Assembly (NCBI GenBank): GCA_025603075.1
Contig: MU626262.1
Coordinates: 1 to 64,000 of the forward strand
Direction: 5' to 3'
DNA length: 64,000 nt
Source: Neoconidiobolus thromboides FSU 785
Taxonomy: Eukaryota; Fungi; Entomophthoromycota
A program made the position numbers and the translations under genes. The notes below the pieces were generated by a model. The model was not told the origin of the DNA. It worked only from the letters and a program-made list of their open reading frames with translations, and did not search any database. Shown in pieces: positions 36,798 through 49,239 of this stretch. Position 1 is the first letter of the stretch. Every line of letters starts with the position of its first letter.

Positions 36798-36904
36798 TAT
36801 TGGGGGTATTCTTTTTGGTTTCATTACTTTTTCCATTTCTCAAGCACTATTTGAGCGGAAAACTCGTTAGTAAAATTCTTGAACACAAAAATACACCCTC
36901 ATAT
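36798..36904 (+). mobile_element. MITE-like element, copy M11
   Basis: TTGGGGGTAT...ATACACCCTCATAT; inverted relative to M10, about 72 bp away. Confidence 0.88.
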
Positions 36905-37356
36905 TAAAACTAAGCATAACAAAATTTTTATTGTAATTATTAAATGTAAATATTAAAATATAAAAACAATGTTTTTTGTAACTAAAAAGTAAAAATTTTT
37001 AACTATAGTTATAACTATATTTTTATATATAACGTTTCAATACAATAAATTTTTTCAAACTGTTTTTAGCATTGTTTTTTTTAGTAAAATTATTAAGCTT
37101 CTCATATAAATGTTTTATATAACTCATAGCCTATACACATTATTTTTATATTTTATATTTGTTTTAATTATATAAAATATACAAGTATAGAATACTTATT
37201 AATAAATTATATAAAATAATAAAAATAAAGTATAATAATTATTCAAATAACCAGAATACAAATTATAAAACTAGTTTTTGTAATTTATATTATTTTGTTA
37301 AATTATTAAAAGCTATTAAAACTTTTAAATTAATTTACATAAGTAACATTATTCTA

Positions 37357-37442
37357 TTTAAGAATTTTACTAACAATTTTTCTACCCAAATAGTACACCT
37401 AAAAGATGAAAAAATAAGGAAGCCAAAAAAACATCCCAATAT
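37357..37442 (-). mobile_element. MITE-like element, copy M12 (truncated)
   Basis: TTTAAGAATTTTACTAACAATTTT...GCCAAAAAAACATCCCAATAT. Confidence 0.75.
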
Positions 37443-37831
37443 AATGCTTATAAAAGTAATATTTATAACTTTAATAAGGCTAAATTCATAATAAACAATA
37501 TAATAAATAAGGAGTTAGAGCAAAAAATAATAATAAATATATTTCTTATATTTAACAAAAATTATTAATGTAACACTTTAAAGCTTTTTATTAAATTATA
37601 TTCTAATATTATACTTTTCAATGAAGCTATTAAATAATAATATTAAACAAATACTATAAAAAAACATATTTATAGAATAAAGCTCTTATTGATTATAAAA
37701 AACAACATTGATTTGTTAAAAAATCTAATCAGTATTTAATAAAAAAAGACAGTTATAAGTACCAAAATTAAAAATTGGAACCAGTTAATTAAACAGTATT
37801 ATAAGAAATATAACAAAGAGTAGATCATGTA

Positions 37832-37900
37832 TCTTTTAAACACTCTTTAAGCGGAAAAATTGTTAGTAAAATTCTTAAACATAAAAACACACCCCCATAT
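37832..37900 (+). mobile_element. MITE-like element, copy M13 (right part)
   Basis: TTTAAGCGGAAAAATTGTTAGTAAAATTCTTAAACATAAAAACACACCCCCATAT. Confidence 0.8.
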
Positions 37901-38013
37901 ACTAATATTGACTTTATTAAAATTTCATCTCAGTACTCCTGTAGTTAACTATATATTTAAAAGTATGTTAAATATAAAAAAATTATTTTATTATATAGTC
38001 TATAAAAAGTTAA

Positions 38014-38095
38014 CGACAGCTACAGGATTTGAACCTGTGCGGGGAAACCCCATCAGATTTCAAGTCTGACTCCTTAACCACTCGGACAAACTGTC
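38014..38095 (-). tRNA. tRNA-Ser(UGA), intronless, 82 nt
   Basis: GACAGTT acceptor pairing with AGCTGTC, anticodon arm TCAGA-CTTGAAA-TCTGA, long variable arm, GGTTCAAATCC B box. Confidence 0.95.
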
Positions 38096-38245
38096 AGTCA
38101 GCGTTGCTCTATAAGAAAAGAATTTTATTTAATTCACTAGTTATTTTAAAAATAAACAATTCAATCCCAATCCAATGATTAATATTTTCGATAAAATTAG
38201 TCAATTTGAGTTCTCTTTTTTATTCTAAGAAATCGATACATCAAG

Positions 38246-41200
38246 ATGATGACCTCAGACAATGAAAGAAAATTGATGCGGATTTATGGTATTGGATTTT
38301 GGAAATTAACAGTTTAATAAAAGATGATATTAATATTTTATTATTGTATTTAGATCATCTGGAAAGAGAAGATTATAAATCAGCACTTAATGATATGAAT
38401 TTATTATTAAAAAAAATATCAAATCATTACCTTTTGGTAAGCTATTAGTTAATCTTGACATATTAAGTTAATAAATAAATTTATTAAATAAAATTTCTTA
38501 TAGTCTTTTAAAGCGTATATACTTAGTAAATTAAATAGAAGAGAGGAAGCCATAGAATTAGCTTTGAAAGTTAAGAATAATTATCCAAAGGCTATCAGTA
38601 CCATACAAAATTTAAGTATGGTATTAAAAAGCGCAGGAAAAGGTAAGTTTTTATTGAAGTTTTAATTAAACTTATGTTAGTAATATTTGGTATTTTGAAT
38701 TTTAATTAATTTTTTCTCACTTATATATAGGAAAAGATATTCTGGAATTATATGAAAAAGCATACCCTGGACAAGAAAAAGACTTGGAATTTTGTACACG
38801 TTATTTTGAAGCCTTAGTTAAAGAAAAAGATTTTAAAAGTATGCAGAGTTTAACAATTAAATTACATCGTGACTTTAAAGATCGGAAATATTGGTATTGG
38901 GCCATCATGTGCTTAGTTTTGCAAGCGGAGGATTTAAAGAAAAATAATCCTGAAGCTTTTAAAAAAGATATTAGTTATGTATTAGCGGAAAGATATATCG
39001 GAAAAAGTTATCAAGAAAAAAATATTAAAAATTTTGAGGAATTTTATTTATATTATTTAGTTTTGATGGGTCAAAATAAACAGGATTTAGCTTTAAATTG
39101 GTTAACTAATGAATTATCTGAAACTAAAATGATTAAAGATCAATTAAGGTTTACCCTTTTACCTCATTTAATTAGAATGAAGAAATATGATGAGACAATT
39201 GTGTACTGTAAAAAGTTTATTCTGGATAATAGGTAATTTAATAATATAAGTGAATAATAGTAATGTTTTAAATTTGTTAATTCAATTTTCAATTAGTGAT
39301 GATTGGTTTTATTGGAGTCATTATTTAACTGCAGTGGAGAATAAAGTTAAGGAAGAGTAAGCTTTTACTTTATTAAAAGTAAACTTTAAAATAAAATATT
39401 AATAACTTAAATAGCCAAAACGAAAACTTTATAAAAGAAGAAGAAAACTATATTAACAATATATTAAATCAACATCAAAACTCTAAAAAAGCAAAGAGGG
39501 GCCCTTATTTAGCTAAAATTAAGTTTTGGTCGATTATTAAAGGTAGTATATTATTATTAATTAAAAATCTATTAATATGAATTTGTTTATCTTAGAAAAT
39601 ATTTTTGAAATAATGTTAAATTATATCGATAAATTTGGTACTAAGTCATGTTGTTATGAGGACTTATTACCATATATAGAAGGCACATTGGATGAATATA
39701 AAAATGATTGGAGTAATTATTTAGGCAATAAAATTCAATCAATTTCTATTAATAATAATAAGGTAAATTTAAAGTTTAATTTATATTTTAAGTAAATAAT
39801 ATTAATAATGTATTTTGAACTTATATAGCAAAAGGATATTCAAAATTGTCATTTATTATCGAATTTATTTAAAATTCAAAAACTAATTAATAGTCAACAA
39901 ATTTATATAAATGGAAAACTCGATATTAATGTAGAAAAACATTATGATTTGATTCAACAATTAATAGATTTTTACTCAAAAGCACTATTATTAGGTAATT
40001 ATTATTAAAACTAAATAAATTTATAATAAAAGTAATATATTTATTAATAATTTTATTTAGGTCAAGATTTAAATACGAGTGAAAAACAATATGGAGATGA
40101 TTTCATTTTGTTAGCAAGTCATTATCTATTAGAACTATATCATTATGAAAAAGATAGTTATCATTTATTGAGTATTGCATTATTATTAGAATATGCCATT
40201 GTTAAATCTCAATTTAATTTTCATATTAAAATATTTTTAATTAATATTTATATTTTAATTGGTAAGTTAAAAATTATTTAAATATTAAAATTAAAATAAT
40301 AATTTATATTGTTATTATTTAATTAGGGGTCTATCATCGTGCTTCTAAACTTTATAATACATTGGATATTAAACATGTTCAATTGGATACATTGAGGTAA
40401 TTTACTTGTAACTATAATTATTTCATATTACTAATTGAATTCCAATATTAGTTATTTAATAATGGATAATGGGAATAATTTAGCTCATTTTACAGAAACT
40501 TATTCTCATGGTCACAGTTCTACTAGTATTTATTTTCGTAACAGAGTAGAAGTAAGTTAATTTATTGTTTGTAATAATTTACATATTAAATTAAATTATT
40601 TATCTTATTAAATAGACATCGGAAATGTTAGTTCAAGCATTTAAACATGGTACTTATTCCAAAGTAAGAGAGATAACAGCATTTATATTTATATATTTAT
40701 ATTTATATATTTATATATTTATATATTTATATTATAAATTAAGATTGATATTAATGTAATTATTTTATTATTTTATTAGGTCCAAGAATTTCTTCGATTT
40801 CAAAATCGACTAGAAAACTCGTTACAAAAAAATATTAATGAATTTGAAATTTTAAGATCAGAATATCTATCTTCTTTTTTTAATGAAAAGGATTTAATAG
40901 AATTATTAAATTCATTACCAACAGAATTCTTTGAATGGGAAGAAAGTAATTTATTTTCGTATTTATTTTGTTTATTATATTGACATTAATATTTCTGTGT
41001 GTTTTTAGATGATTTAATTGATAATCGAGATTTTGATGTATTTTTAAATTTTAATTTATCAACTATTCCGAATATATCAACTCATTCTTTATTAAAGTTA
41101 TCAAAGGTTACCAATGTAAGCGATTAAGTTGTTTTTAATATTAATATATTAACTACTTTTTTATTTAGCCTAAATTACTTCAATATCATCAATTTGATTT

Positions 41201-41547
41201 ATATTTATTAAAATTATTGTTAAATCAAAAATTTGATTCAATTAATAAAATTCAAGAAAGAATTCAACAATATGAAATAATGACAAAACAACTAGAAGTA
41301 AGTTATCAATAGTTTGTCAGTAAATTAGTATTTATTTATTTAATTTTAGGAAAACAATCAATTATTGCCCATTGAAATTCACTTAAATTTAGTATCTAAA
41401 TATTTGTTACAATTACTAATTGAAGTCAATAACAATGGTAAATTTTTATTGAAATCCATTTTCTTATATTTATAGTTTACATATTATATTTAGATGAAGA
41501 TCGACAAAATGAAATTATTAGTCAAATTAATCAATCATTTGATGGTA

Positions 41548-41580
<33 letters not shown>

Positions 41581-42207
41581 TATATCATTATTTCAATAGA
41601 TACTTATAATTTTATATTAAGTTCATTAAATGGCTTTGATTATGGTAAAGCATTAATTAATATCGTTCATTATTTTGAGGTAAAACAATATCATATCAAT
41701 AACAATGTTAATAATAACGATTTTAATTAATAGAAATTTGCATTAATTTGGTCATTTTCAAAAATATATAAAATTAAGAATCCATATCAACAAGAAAAAG
41801 AAGTAGTTAATAAGGTAGTTTTAATTTTATTCTATTAAATCTATATCATATTAATTTATTTAATTTTCCATTATTTTAGTTAATTTACAAATTAGATAGT
41901 TCTATTAATAATCGAATCTTAACTTCTATAATGGAACTTACTAATTTAATGGAAGAGAAAGTTGACTTATTAAATACAAATTTACCAATTGATAATGTAT
42001 TAAATTCCGTTAAACAATTTATTACTACTTTAGAAGGTGAATTAAAAGTAAGTTTTATTATTATTATTTATTATATATTAATTTAATATTAATTTATTTC
42101 AATAGTTAGAAATCGGTACTAATTTAATTGAACATTTAATTGTGGAATTAAAATTATCAATTAAACAAATATTACATGCAATTAATTTCATAAAAAGCTT
42201 AAATTAG
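38246..42207 (+). CDS. NAA25: NatB N-acetyltransferase auxiliary subunit (about 20 introns)
   Basis: ERKLMRIY|DHLE..LKAYILSKLNRREEA, YWYWAIMCLVLQ, YIDKFGTKSCCYEDLLPY, QYGDDFILLA, LDIKHVQLDTL|SYL, AFKHGTYSK|VQEF. Confidence 0.9.
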
Positions 42208-42340
42208 AACAAAACAAAATAAAAAATAAGAATCAATCATTTTTTATATATTTCATGTCTAGCATTTATTATTTGAATATATAAAAATAAAAACATAAAT
42301 CATTATCAGCATTTAAAAAAATAAGATAAAACAAGTAAGA

Positions 42341-42498
42341 CTAATAATCAGAATCGGAATTAACTTCCAATTCTATTGTAGAATCCATCAAATCTTCAGA
42401 TGATTTGGAAATCATTTTTAAACTATTGTTAATATTAGATTTAATATTTAACAAACAATCATTAGTGGATAAACTACGTTGTCGAAAATTATTAATGC

Positions 42499-42538
<40 letters not shown>

Positions 42539-45227
42539 GTCATTCTGATTATTATTCCCGATACTCCTACTTGATCCTTGTCTTAAATACTGTTGCTTAT
42601 TTAATACTCCATTAAGTGATTCATTTTTTAAATTAGTTTGTAATCTACTTGTATTCCCATTAATAATATTGTTATTACTCCTACTATTATTGATTTTTGA
42701 TAAAGAATCAAATTCTAAATGAATTAATTGTCTTAATTCTTCGGTACTAGTAAATGAAGGTATAGTTGTACAGGAATTAAATTCATCTTCAAATTCACTA
42801 TCTGAAGATAATTCTCTTTCATTATTATTATTACGATTATTATTATTATTATTTAATTGATTTCTAAATACATTAAAAGATTGGGACCTTTCTCTATTAA
42901 TTTTTGTAGGTTTATTATGTGGTTGAGCTGAGAGTATAATACCATTGGTTTCTACTCGAGATATTGTCGTTTTGGTTGGTCGTCTTAAATAAGGTAAACG
43001 TTGTGGTGATTTTATATCATTCATTGTTGAACTTATTTCACAACTTTTCATTGATGATATATTGTTGTTATTGATTACTAAAGATTGATTTATTATACTA
43101 TTTTGTTCATCAAATTTAATGTCTTCTTCATTATCACTTTCATTACTTAAATTATTACTATCACCATTTATTTCTTTTAAATCATTGTCTTCAATTGGAT
43201 CTTTTAATGATATAATTTGACTTGGTTTGTAATCCTCAATATTATTTTGATTATTATTATTATCATTATTATTATTATTATTATTATTAAATTGTAATTG
43301 TTTTAATTTAAATTCTAATTCTTCAATATATAACTGTTGATTAATACATTTTTGTCTATAAGATAAGGGCTGAATACTAGCTATTATTAAATAACTATTA
43401 TTTTCACTATATTTAAAACCTTTAGATATCTAATTTAAATTAAATTAATATGTTATTATTATTAGATTAATATTTAATAACAAATAATAAAATTACCAAT
43501 GAACCCACTCTACAGAATTGTCTAAACCCATTACTATCTCCCACTTTCATATCAAAAGTAAACTCTCTTATTATTGAATCTGATCGATTAGGATGTTTCT
43601 ATATAATTAAATTAAGTTAATTATAAAATATACAATAAAAGATGATTTAATAATTACCAATTCAATACGAATATTATATTTACTTAATTGTATATTTCCA
43701 GATAATAAATGAATCTTTAAACAAACATAACTTGATTTTGTTGTTGTTGATTCTATTATAATATATATATTAGTTATTTAATTTATTATTATCAAATATT
43801 TACCTATTAAACTAGACTCTAATTTCCATTTTAAACCAGAATCAATAATAATATCGGATTCAAATAATGTATCACTATTATTCTCATTAAAACTAAAAAA
43901 ATAAAAATTTTGTTAATTTTATCTTTAATAGACAATCATAATGAACTTACTAACACTCTGGTATATCAAATTCAAACGATTTAAAATTAGGTAAAAAATC
44001 TTTTTCAAATGTCATATCTACATTAATATCATCTCCTGGATTTTGTACAATTACTTGCTCTACCTAAATAATAGTTTATATTAATATTGTTATACTTTAA
44101 AATTATTATACCAATTTACTTTTTTTAATAAATGAATTACTTGTTCATCTGATTGTAATACTTTAACTTTAGATTTATTGTTAACTATCATATCTAAACT
44201 ATCAATAGTTGATAATAGAAAATTGGATTGCTTTATTAAGCTATTTCTTTGAGCTAAAAAAAGAAGAATATTATTAAAATTGATTATAATAATAATATAA
44301 TTCAACTTACAAAATAAAACACGGTGTTTTTCTCTTAATTGTTGTTCTAGATTAGCTTTATATTTATTAATTAAATTAATTAATTCTCTATCAGCCTAAA
44401 AACAAAAGAGAAATTATTAAAGATCTAAAACATAGAAGCAATCATTTTTTACTTACTTCGATTTTGGAACTATTACAATTATGTATTTTTTTATCAATTT
44501 CCTTCACTTTTTTATTAAATTTAACCATTCTCTTTTTTAAAGCTGATAAATAGATTTCAATACTTTCAATTCTTTGCTCATAAATAACTTCAATTTTTTC
44601 GAATTTATGCTCTTTATGCTGATAGAATAAAACCTCATTAATTTTTTCATAGAATTAAAAATCGTTCTAAATCTTACTTTATCCCCAAACATACCACAAT
44701 CCGAGCAGATAGGTATATCACAAGTATGACAGTAATAATTCATAATAGTTTGATGTTCAGTACATGTATCGCTATCTTCCATTCTTGTTGTTAACGCTGT
44801 TTTTAAATGCTATATTAAATAAATAAATCATAATTCTAAATTCTAAATTACCACTTACCTCTTGTAACTCATCAATAAATCTACAAGGAATTAATTGAGA
44901 TTGGTCAATATTAGCTCGACAATGAGGACATTCTTCTTTTTGTTCACGTAACCATTTCTATTATTTTAAAAAATATTTTATTAAAATTGAAAATTGAAAA
45001 TAAATAAAATTCTTTTTCACCTTAATACAAGCTTCACAACAAACTTTGGAACATTTGGGGCATAAATTAGGAGATTTTAAGTTACTTAAACATATATAAC
45101 ATTTAAATACTTCTTCAAACCAATTTGAGTGAATATTGAAATTGTTGATTGTTGATAAACTATCCATTCCTTCACGATCTCTTTTATCTTCTCCATCAAT
45201 TATCCGTTTACTTTTACTAAAGCCCAT
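42341..45227 (-). CDS. TRIM37: TRIM37-like E3 ligase: RING, B-box, coiled coil, MATH and Asn-rich tail (spliced)
   Basis: EEVFKCYICLSNLKSPNLCPKCSKVCCEACIK|KWLREQKEECPHCR; CTEHQ..YYCHTCDIPICSDCGMFG; MATH exons SGLKWKL, SKYNIRIEL, IIREFTFDMKVGDSNGF, SYRQKCINQQLYIEELE. Confidence 0.85.
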
Positions 45228-46338
45228 ACCGATATTAAAATTGGTATTAAATTATTAAAATAAGATTAATACAAAGTTAAAAAGTAACAACATAAGTCAA
45301 AATGGAAAGCTTTTTTAGTTTTATTATGGTGTTATAATTCAAATTCAGTTATAAAATTCTTTTAAAAATAGTAGTTAACGCTTTAGATCGACACACTTTA
45401 TGCAAATTCAATTGGCTAGATTCCAAATTGATTGTATAATAGTTAAATTTAAGGTTATGATTTTTAAACGTGGTAAGTTACTAATCTAATTCAATAAAAT
45501 CTAAGCAATATTTAAAATAGTTTAATTTGTTTTATTTAAAAATAAATGTTATCTTATAATTACGTGAATTGTTGCTTTTTGATAACATTTTCATTATAAT
45601 AATGACAAATTAAAATATTATAAATACTGATCAGAATTAATAGAATAAAATATCAATTTGGAATGTTCTTAAGTGACTGCTCTATTTTTATATCAGTTTT
45701 TTATTCTTTGGTAAAAAGTTATTTTTAAATTATGATAATTGAATTCTAGCACTAGTGTTCTTGTTTGTGCTATTATTACTCAAAATGCACTATTATTTGG
45801 TTATAAATAAATACTACTAAACATTTATTTGTTTATTTATTTGAAATCCATTTATAATGTTAATGAGAATAAATATAAACAAATATAGTTTATAAAATTA
45901 GTTCCTAATTATTAAATGGTATGATAAACTCGATTTTGACTAAGAGAATCCGAATAATGAAGTTTTTTTAATTATAGCACTAATATTTTTATCGAATGTT
46001 AAACTTGGAGTTATTTATAAATATTTAAAATAGTTTAATTATTAACTACCTTACAAATATCTACTTCAACCTAATAAGAACAAAACGAAATAGGATATGA
46101 ACTTGATTGTACTCTTTAAATGCTATGATAGACACAATTGTTAATAATAAAAGTAGTAAAACCCACTATAATAACTACAATCAAATGGAATATGAATTTA
46201 TAAAAACCTAACCTTTACAGAAGAAATAACACTAAAAATAGTAAATGGATGTCCATTTAAGTTTGGTGTTATTGGAGTATTTTAAATAGGTGGTTCCCAA
46301 TTGCAAAAAATTGGCTACAGTCTAAATCTAGATTGAAA

Positions 46339-46420
46339 CGACAGCTACAGGATTTGAACCTGTGCGGGGAAACCCCATCAGATTTCAAGTCTGACTCCTT
46401 AACCACTCGGACAAACTGTC
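46339..46420 (-). tRNA. tRNA-Ser(UGA), identical to 38014..38095
   Basis: 82/82 nt identical by eye to the first copy; flanks differ. Confidence 0.95.
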
Positions 46421-46536
46421 TTAAACTGATAAATATTCCCTAGAATTATTAATTTTAATCTAATAATTTACTCTACAACAATTATAATAAAGGATTATAC
46501 TAAAAACCAGTATGCTAGTATTATCTAAGTATAAAC

Positions 46537-46641
46537 ATATGGGGGATACATTTTTTTGTTTATGAATTTTACTAACAGTCTTTCTGCTCAAATAGCACTT
46601 AAGAATGGAAAAAGTAATGAAATCAAAATACATCCCCATAT
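46537..46641 (-). mobile_element. MITE-like element, copy M14
   Basis: ATATGGGGGATAC...ATACATCCCCATAT. Confidence 0.88.
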
Positions 46642-47494
46642 TTCTAATATGCCTCTAAATTTTATGGATTATATTATAATAATCATCTTTATAACTTTTT
46701 ATTATAAACTCAACTTTTAAGAAGTTATTGAAATTCATTTATTTTCTGAGATTTTAATTCAATTGATACAACTTTTTTTATAAATACATATATTCTAGTT
46801 TTTAATATTATAATTGTTTGTTGAATATTATTGATTTTATTAAATCATTTTTAATGCAGTTATGTCATTTAAAGTTAGGCTATTTTATAAATAAAATAGT
46901 AAGTATTAATATCAAAAAATACAATTTTTTAAAGTTAATTGAATTTTTAAGTACATTAAAATATTAATATACTTAAACGATTTAAAATCAGTATACTCAT
47001 TGTATTTGTTTTCTATTCCTATTATGATTATAATAATATAGTTACTTTTTCAGTATCTAGTAAATTAGTTTTAAGAAAGAGGTTTCAGTATTAGAACTTT
47101 TCCCAGTAAAAACAAATCCGCAAAAATAAAACATTAAGAAATTCTTAAGCCCCTCACTTAATAACTCATTCAGAATTTACTTTTGTTTATATGCTAAATT
47201 TAGTGCTATTTCTCCTTATTGTTAAATTAAGATAAAAGCTTCCCTTATTTACTATCAATAGTTTAAATAGTTCAATATTCAAAAAATATTTATCTACATA
47301 AAAACTTCAAATTTATATTAATTTATCACTAACCAATGGTTAAAACGATAACAAACAAGCTTTAAAATTGAACTAGGACAATAAAACGAAGAATATAACT
47401 TTATATTGAACTCAGAAAAACCGAAAAAAATAAAAAGGGACACTTTTTTAATATTAAGGATGCTGAATACAAAACATAAAAAAAAACGAAAACT

Positions 47495-49239
47495 CTATCT
47501 ACCACAAAATGGAAACAGTTTACCCCAACATGATGTTTTACTTTCTTCATTTTGATCCATATGTGAAGTCGTAAATGGATTCTGTGATTTATTTAAGGGT
47601 GTCGATGTCAATGCAGCAGAATTCATCGGGGTTGCTTGATAGGCACTTGCTTCATTATTTACTTGATAAGATTCCCTACCTTCCATTGGATATTTATTTG
47701 ACACTTCAAACCTAGGTGATATTGGGCTAGAGACCACATTAGGTAATTGATTGATAGGCTTAGGACTAAATGCACTGGTATTATTGCCGCTGGGACCACG
47801 TTGTAAACTTGGTCTGGGGGTATTAATATCGGTATGTTTAGAGACATTCGAAGTAGCACCAATTAATAAGCTTTCATTTTGAGCATTTAAAAGTTTTGAA
47901 GTACCTAATGTAGCTTGTCTGGTTAATTTGTCACCTGAATTAATATTGGATGCTCTATTGATCTTAGTCTCACTCATCTTACCCTTTAATAACATCCAAT
48001 CATATACACCATCATCTAACTCATTACTATTACTCAACACCCTTTCAAATAAATTTATTAACTGATCGTATTCAGGTGTTTCTTCAAACCCTAATTTTCT
48101 GACATAGGTTAAATAAGTTGCAAACTCTTCTGGAAATCCTCGACATAACTCTTCAATTCCTGTTGTTTGTTTCTTTTCTCCAATCTTTTCATACTTTTGT
48201 TTATTTGTAGCTGCTTTTAATCCTTGCCATGGGAGCGATCCTCGTAAAAAGTACATAAAGACATGCCCTAAAGATTCAAGATCATCTCGACGCGATTGTT
48301 CTATTTAAATCTTAATATTCAATTTCATCAACTTATACCCTTTCTTACCTCGTCCTAAATGGGTATTGATACTCATGTATCTAGCAGTGCCACTTAGACT
48401 TTTTCTTTCTCTGTACGGGATGTGCTGCTTTGTTTTTGGATCTCTATAAAACTTAGCCATACCGAAATCAATCATAAACACCATATTAGCATTTGGTGTA
48501 GAGGGATGACCAATCATGAAATTGTCCGGTTTAATATCCCGATAAATTAAACTTTTTTCATGAACTGATTGAACGCGTGCTATCTGGATAAAATATTGAA
48601 TTAATTGAATAGAGTTAATTGGACAAAGTTGTAATTACCATATTCTTAGCCAACATAGCCACCGTTTTAATACTAAATTTGCGTTGGCATAAGTCAAATA
48701 AATCTTCTAAACTTTTTCCTAATAGATCAATGCAAAGTAAATTGTGTTGCCCCTCAGTCCCAAAGTAGTACACTGCTGGGATACCCTCTATTTGAATGTA
48801 AAGTTAATAAATACTGGTCTTTATTATTTATAAATTTAAATATTACCAGTTCCCTGAAGTATTTTATAGGTTCTATATTCGTCTTTTAATTGCGGGGCAT
48901 CAGATTTTTTGGATTCCTAATAACAAAAATCAGTTTATCACTTCATTTTTAACAGTAATGTTATAAATTACAAACTTGATCGCTACAGGTTGGTTATTTA
49001 ACATATTTACCCCTATAATATCAAAGTTAGAATGACATCAAAATGAAAAAGATCTCGATAGTATCATACTATCAACTGGATAGTCACCTACCTTCATAGA
49101 TCACTCCAAAACTACCCTCCCCAATCTTTTTACCCACTCTATAGTGAACACCTATGATGTTTGGTGAGCCCATCCCCATCGCTGAAGAAGCACCCAAGTT
49201 GGCTATCGTATGGTTATTACTCTGTCGATTTACTGGCAT
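47495..49239 (-). CDS. Casein kinase I (Yck/Cki, gamma-like; spliced)
   Basis: VGVHY-like [54 protein letters not shown]|[23 protein letters not shown]; Cys-containing C-terminus. Confidence 0.95.

Noticed and set aside
4059-38069. ORF-track peptides sharing FVSKILKHKNT / KILKHKxHPHI (4059, 11804, 22891, 37860)
   Set aside because: Spurious read-through of the MITE sequence; they look like a protein family only because the DNA repeat is shared.
38014-46420. Two identical tRNA-Ser(UGA) genes 8.3 kb apart as a segmental duplication
   Set aside because: Identity stops at the tRNA boundaries; identical dispersed isodecoder copies are normal in fungi.
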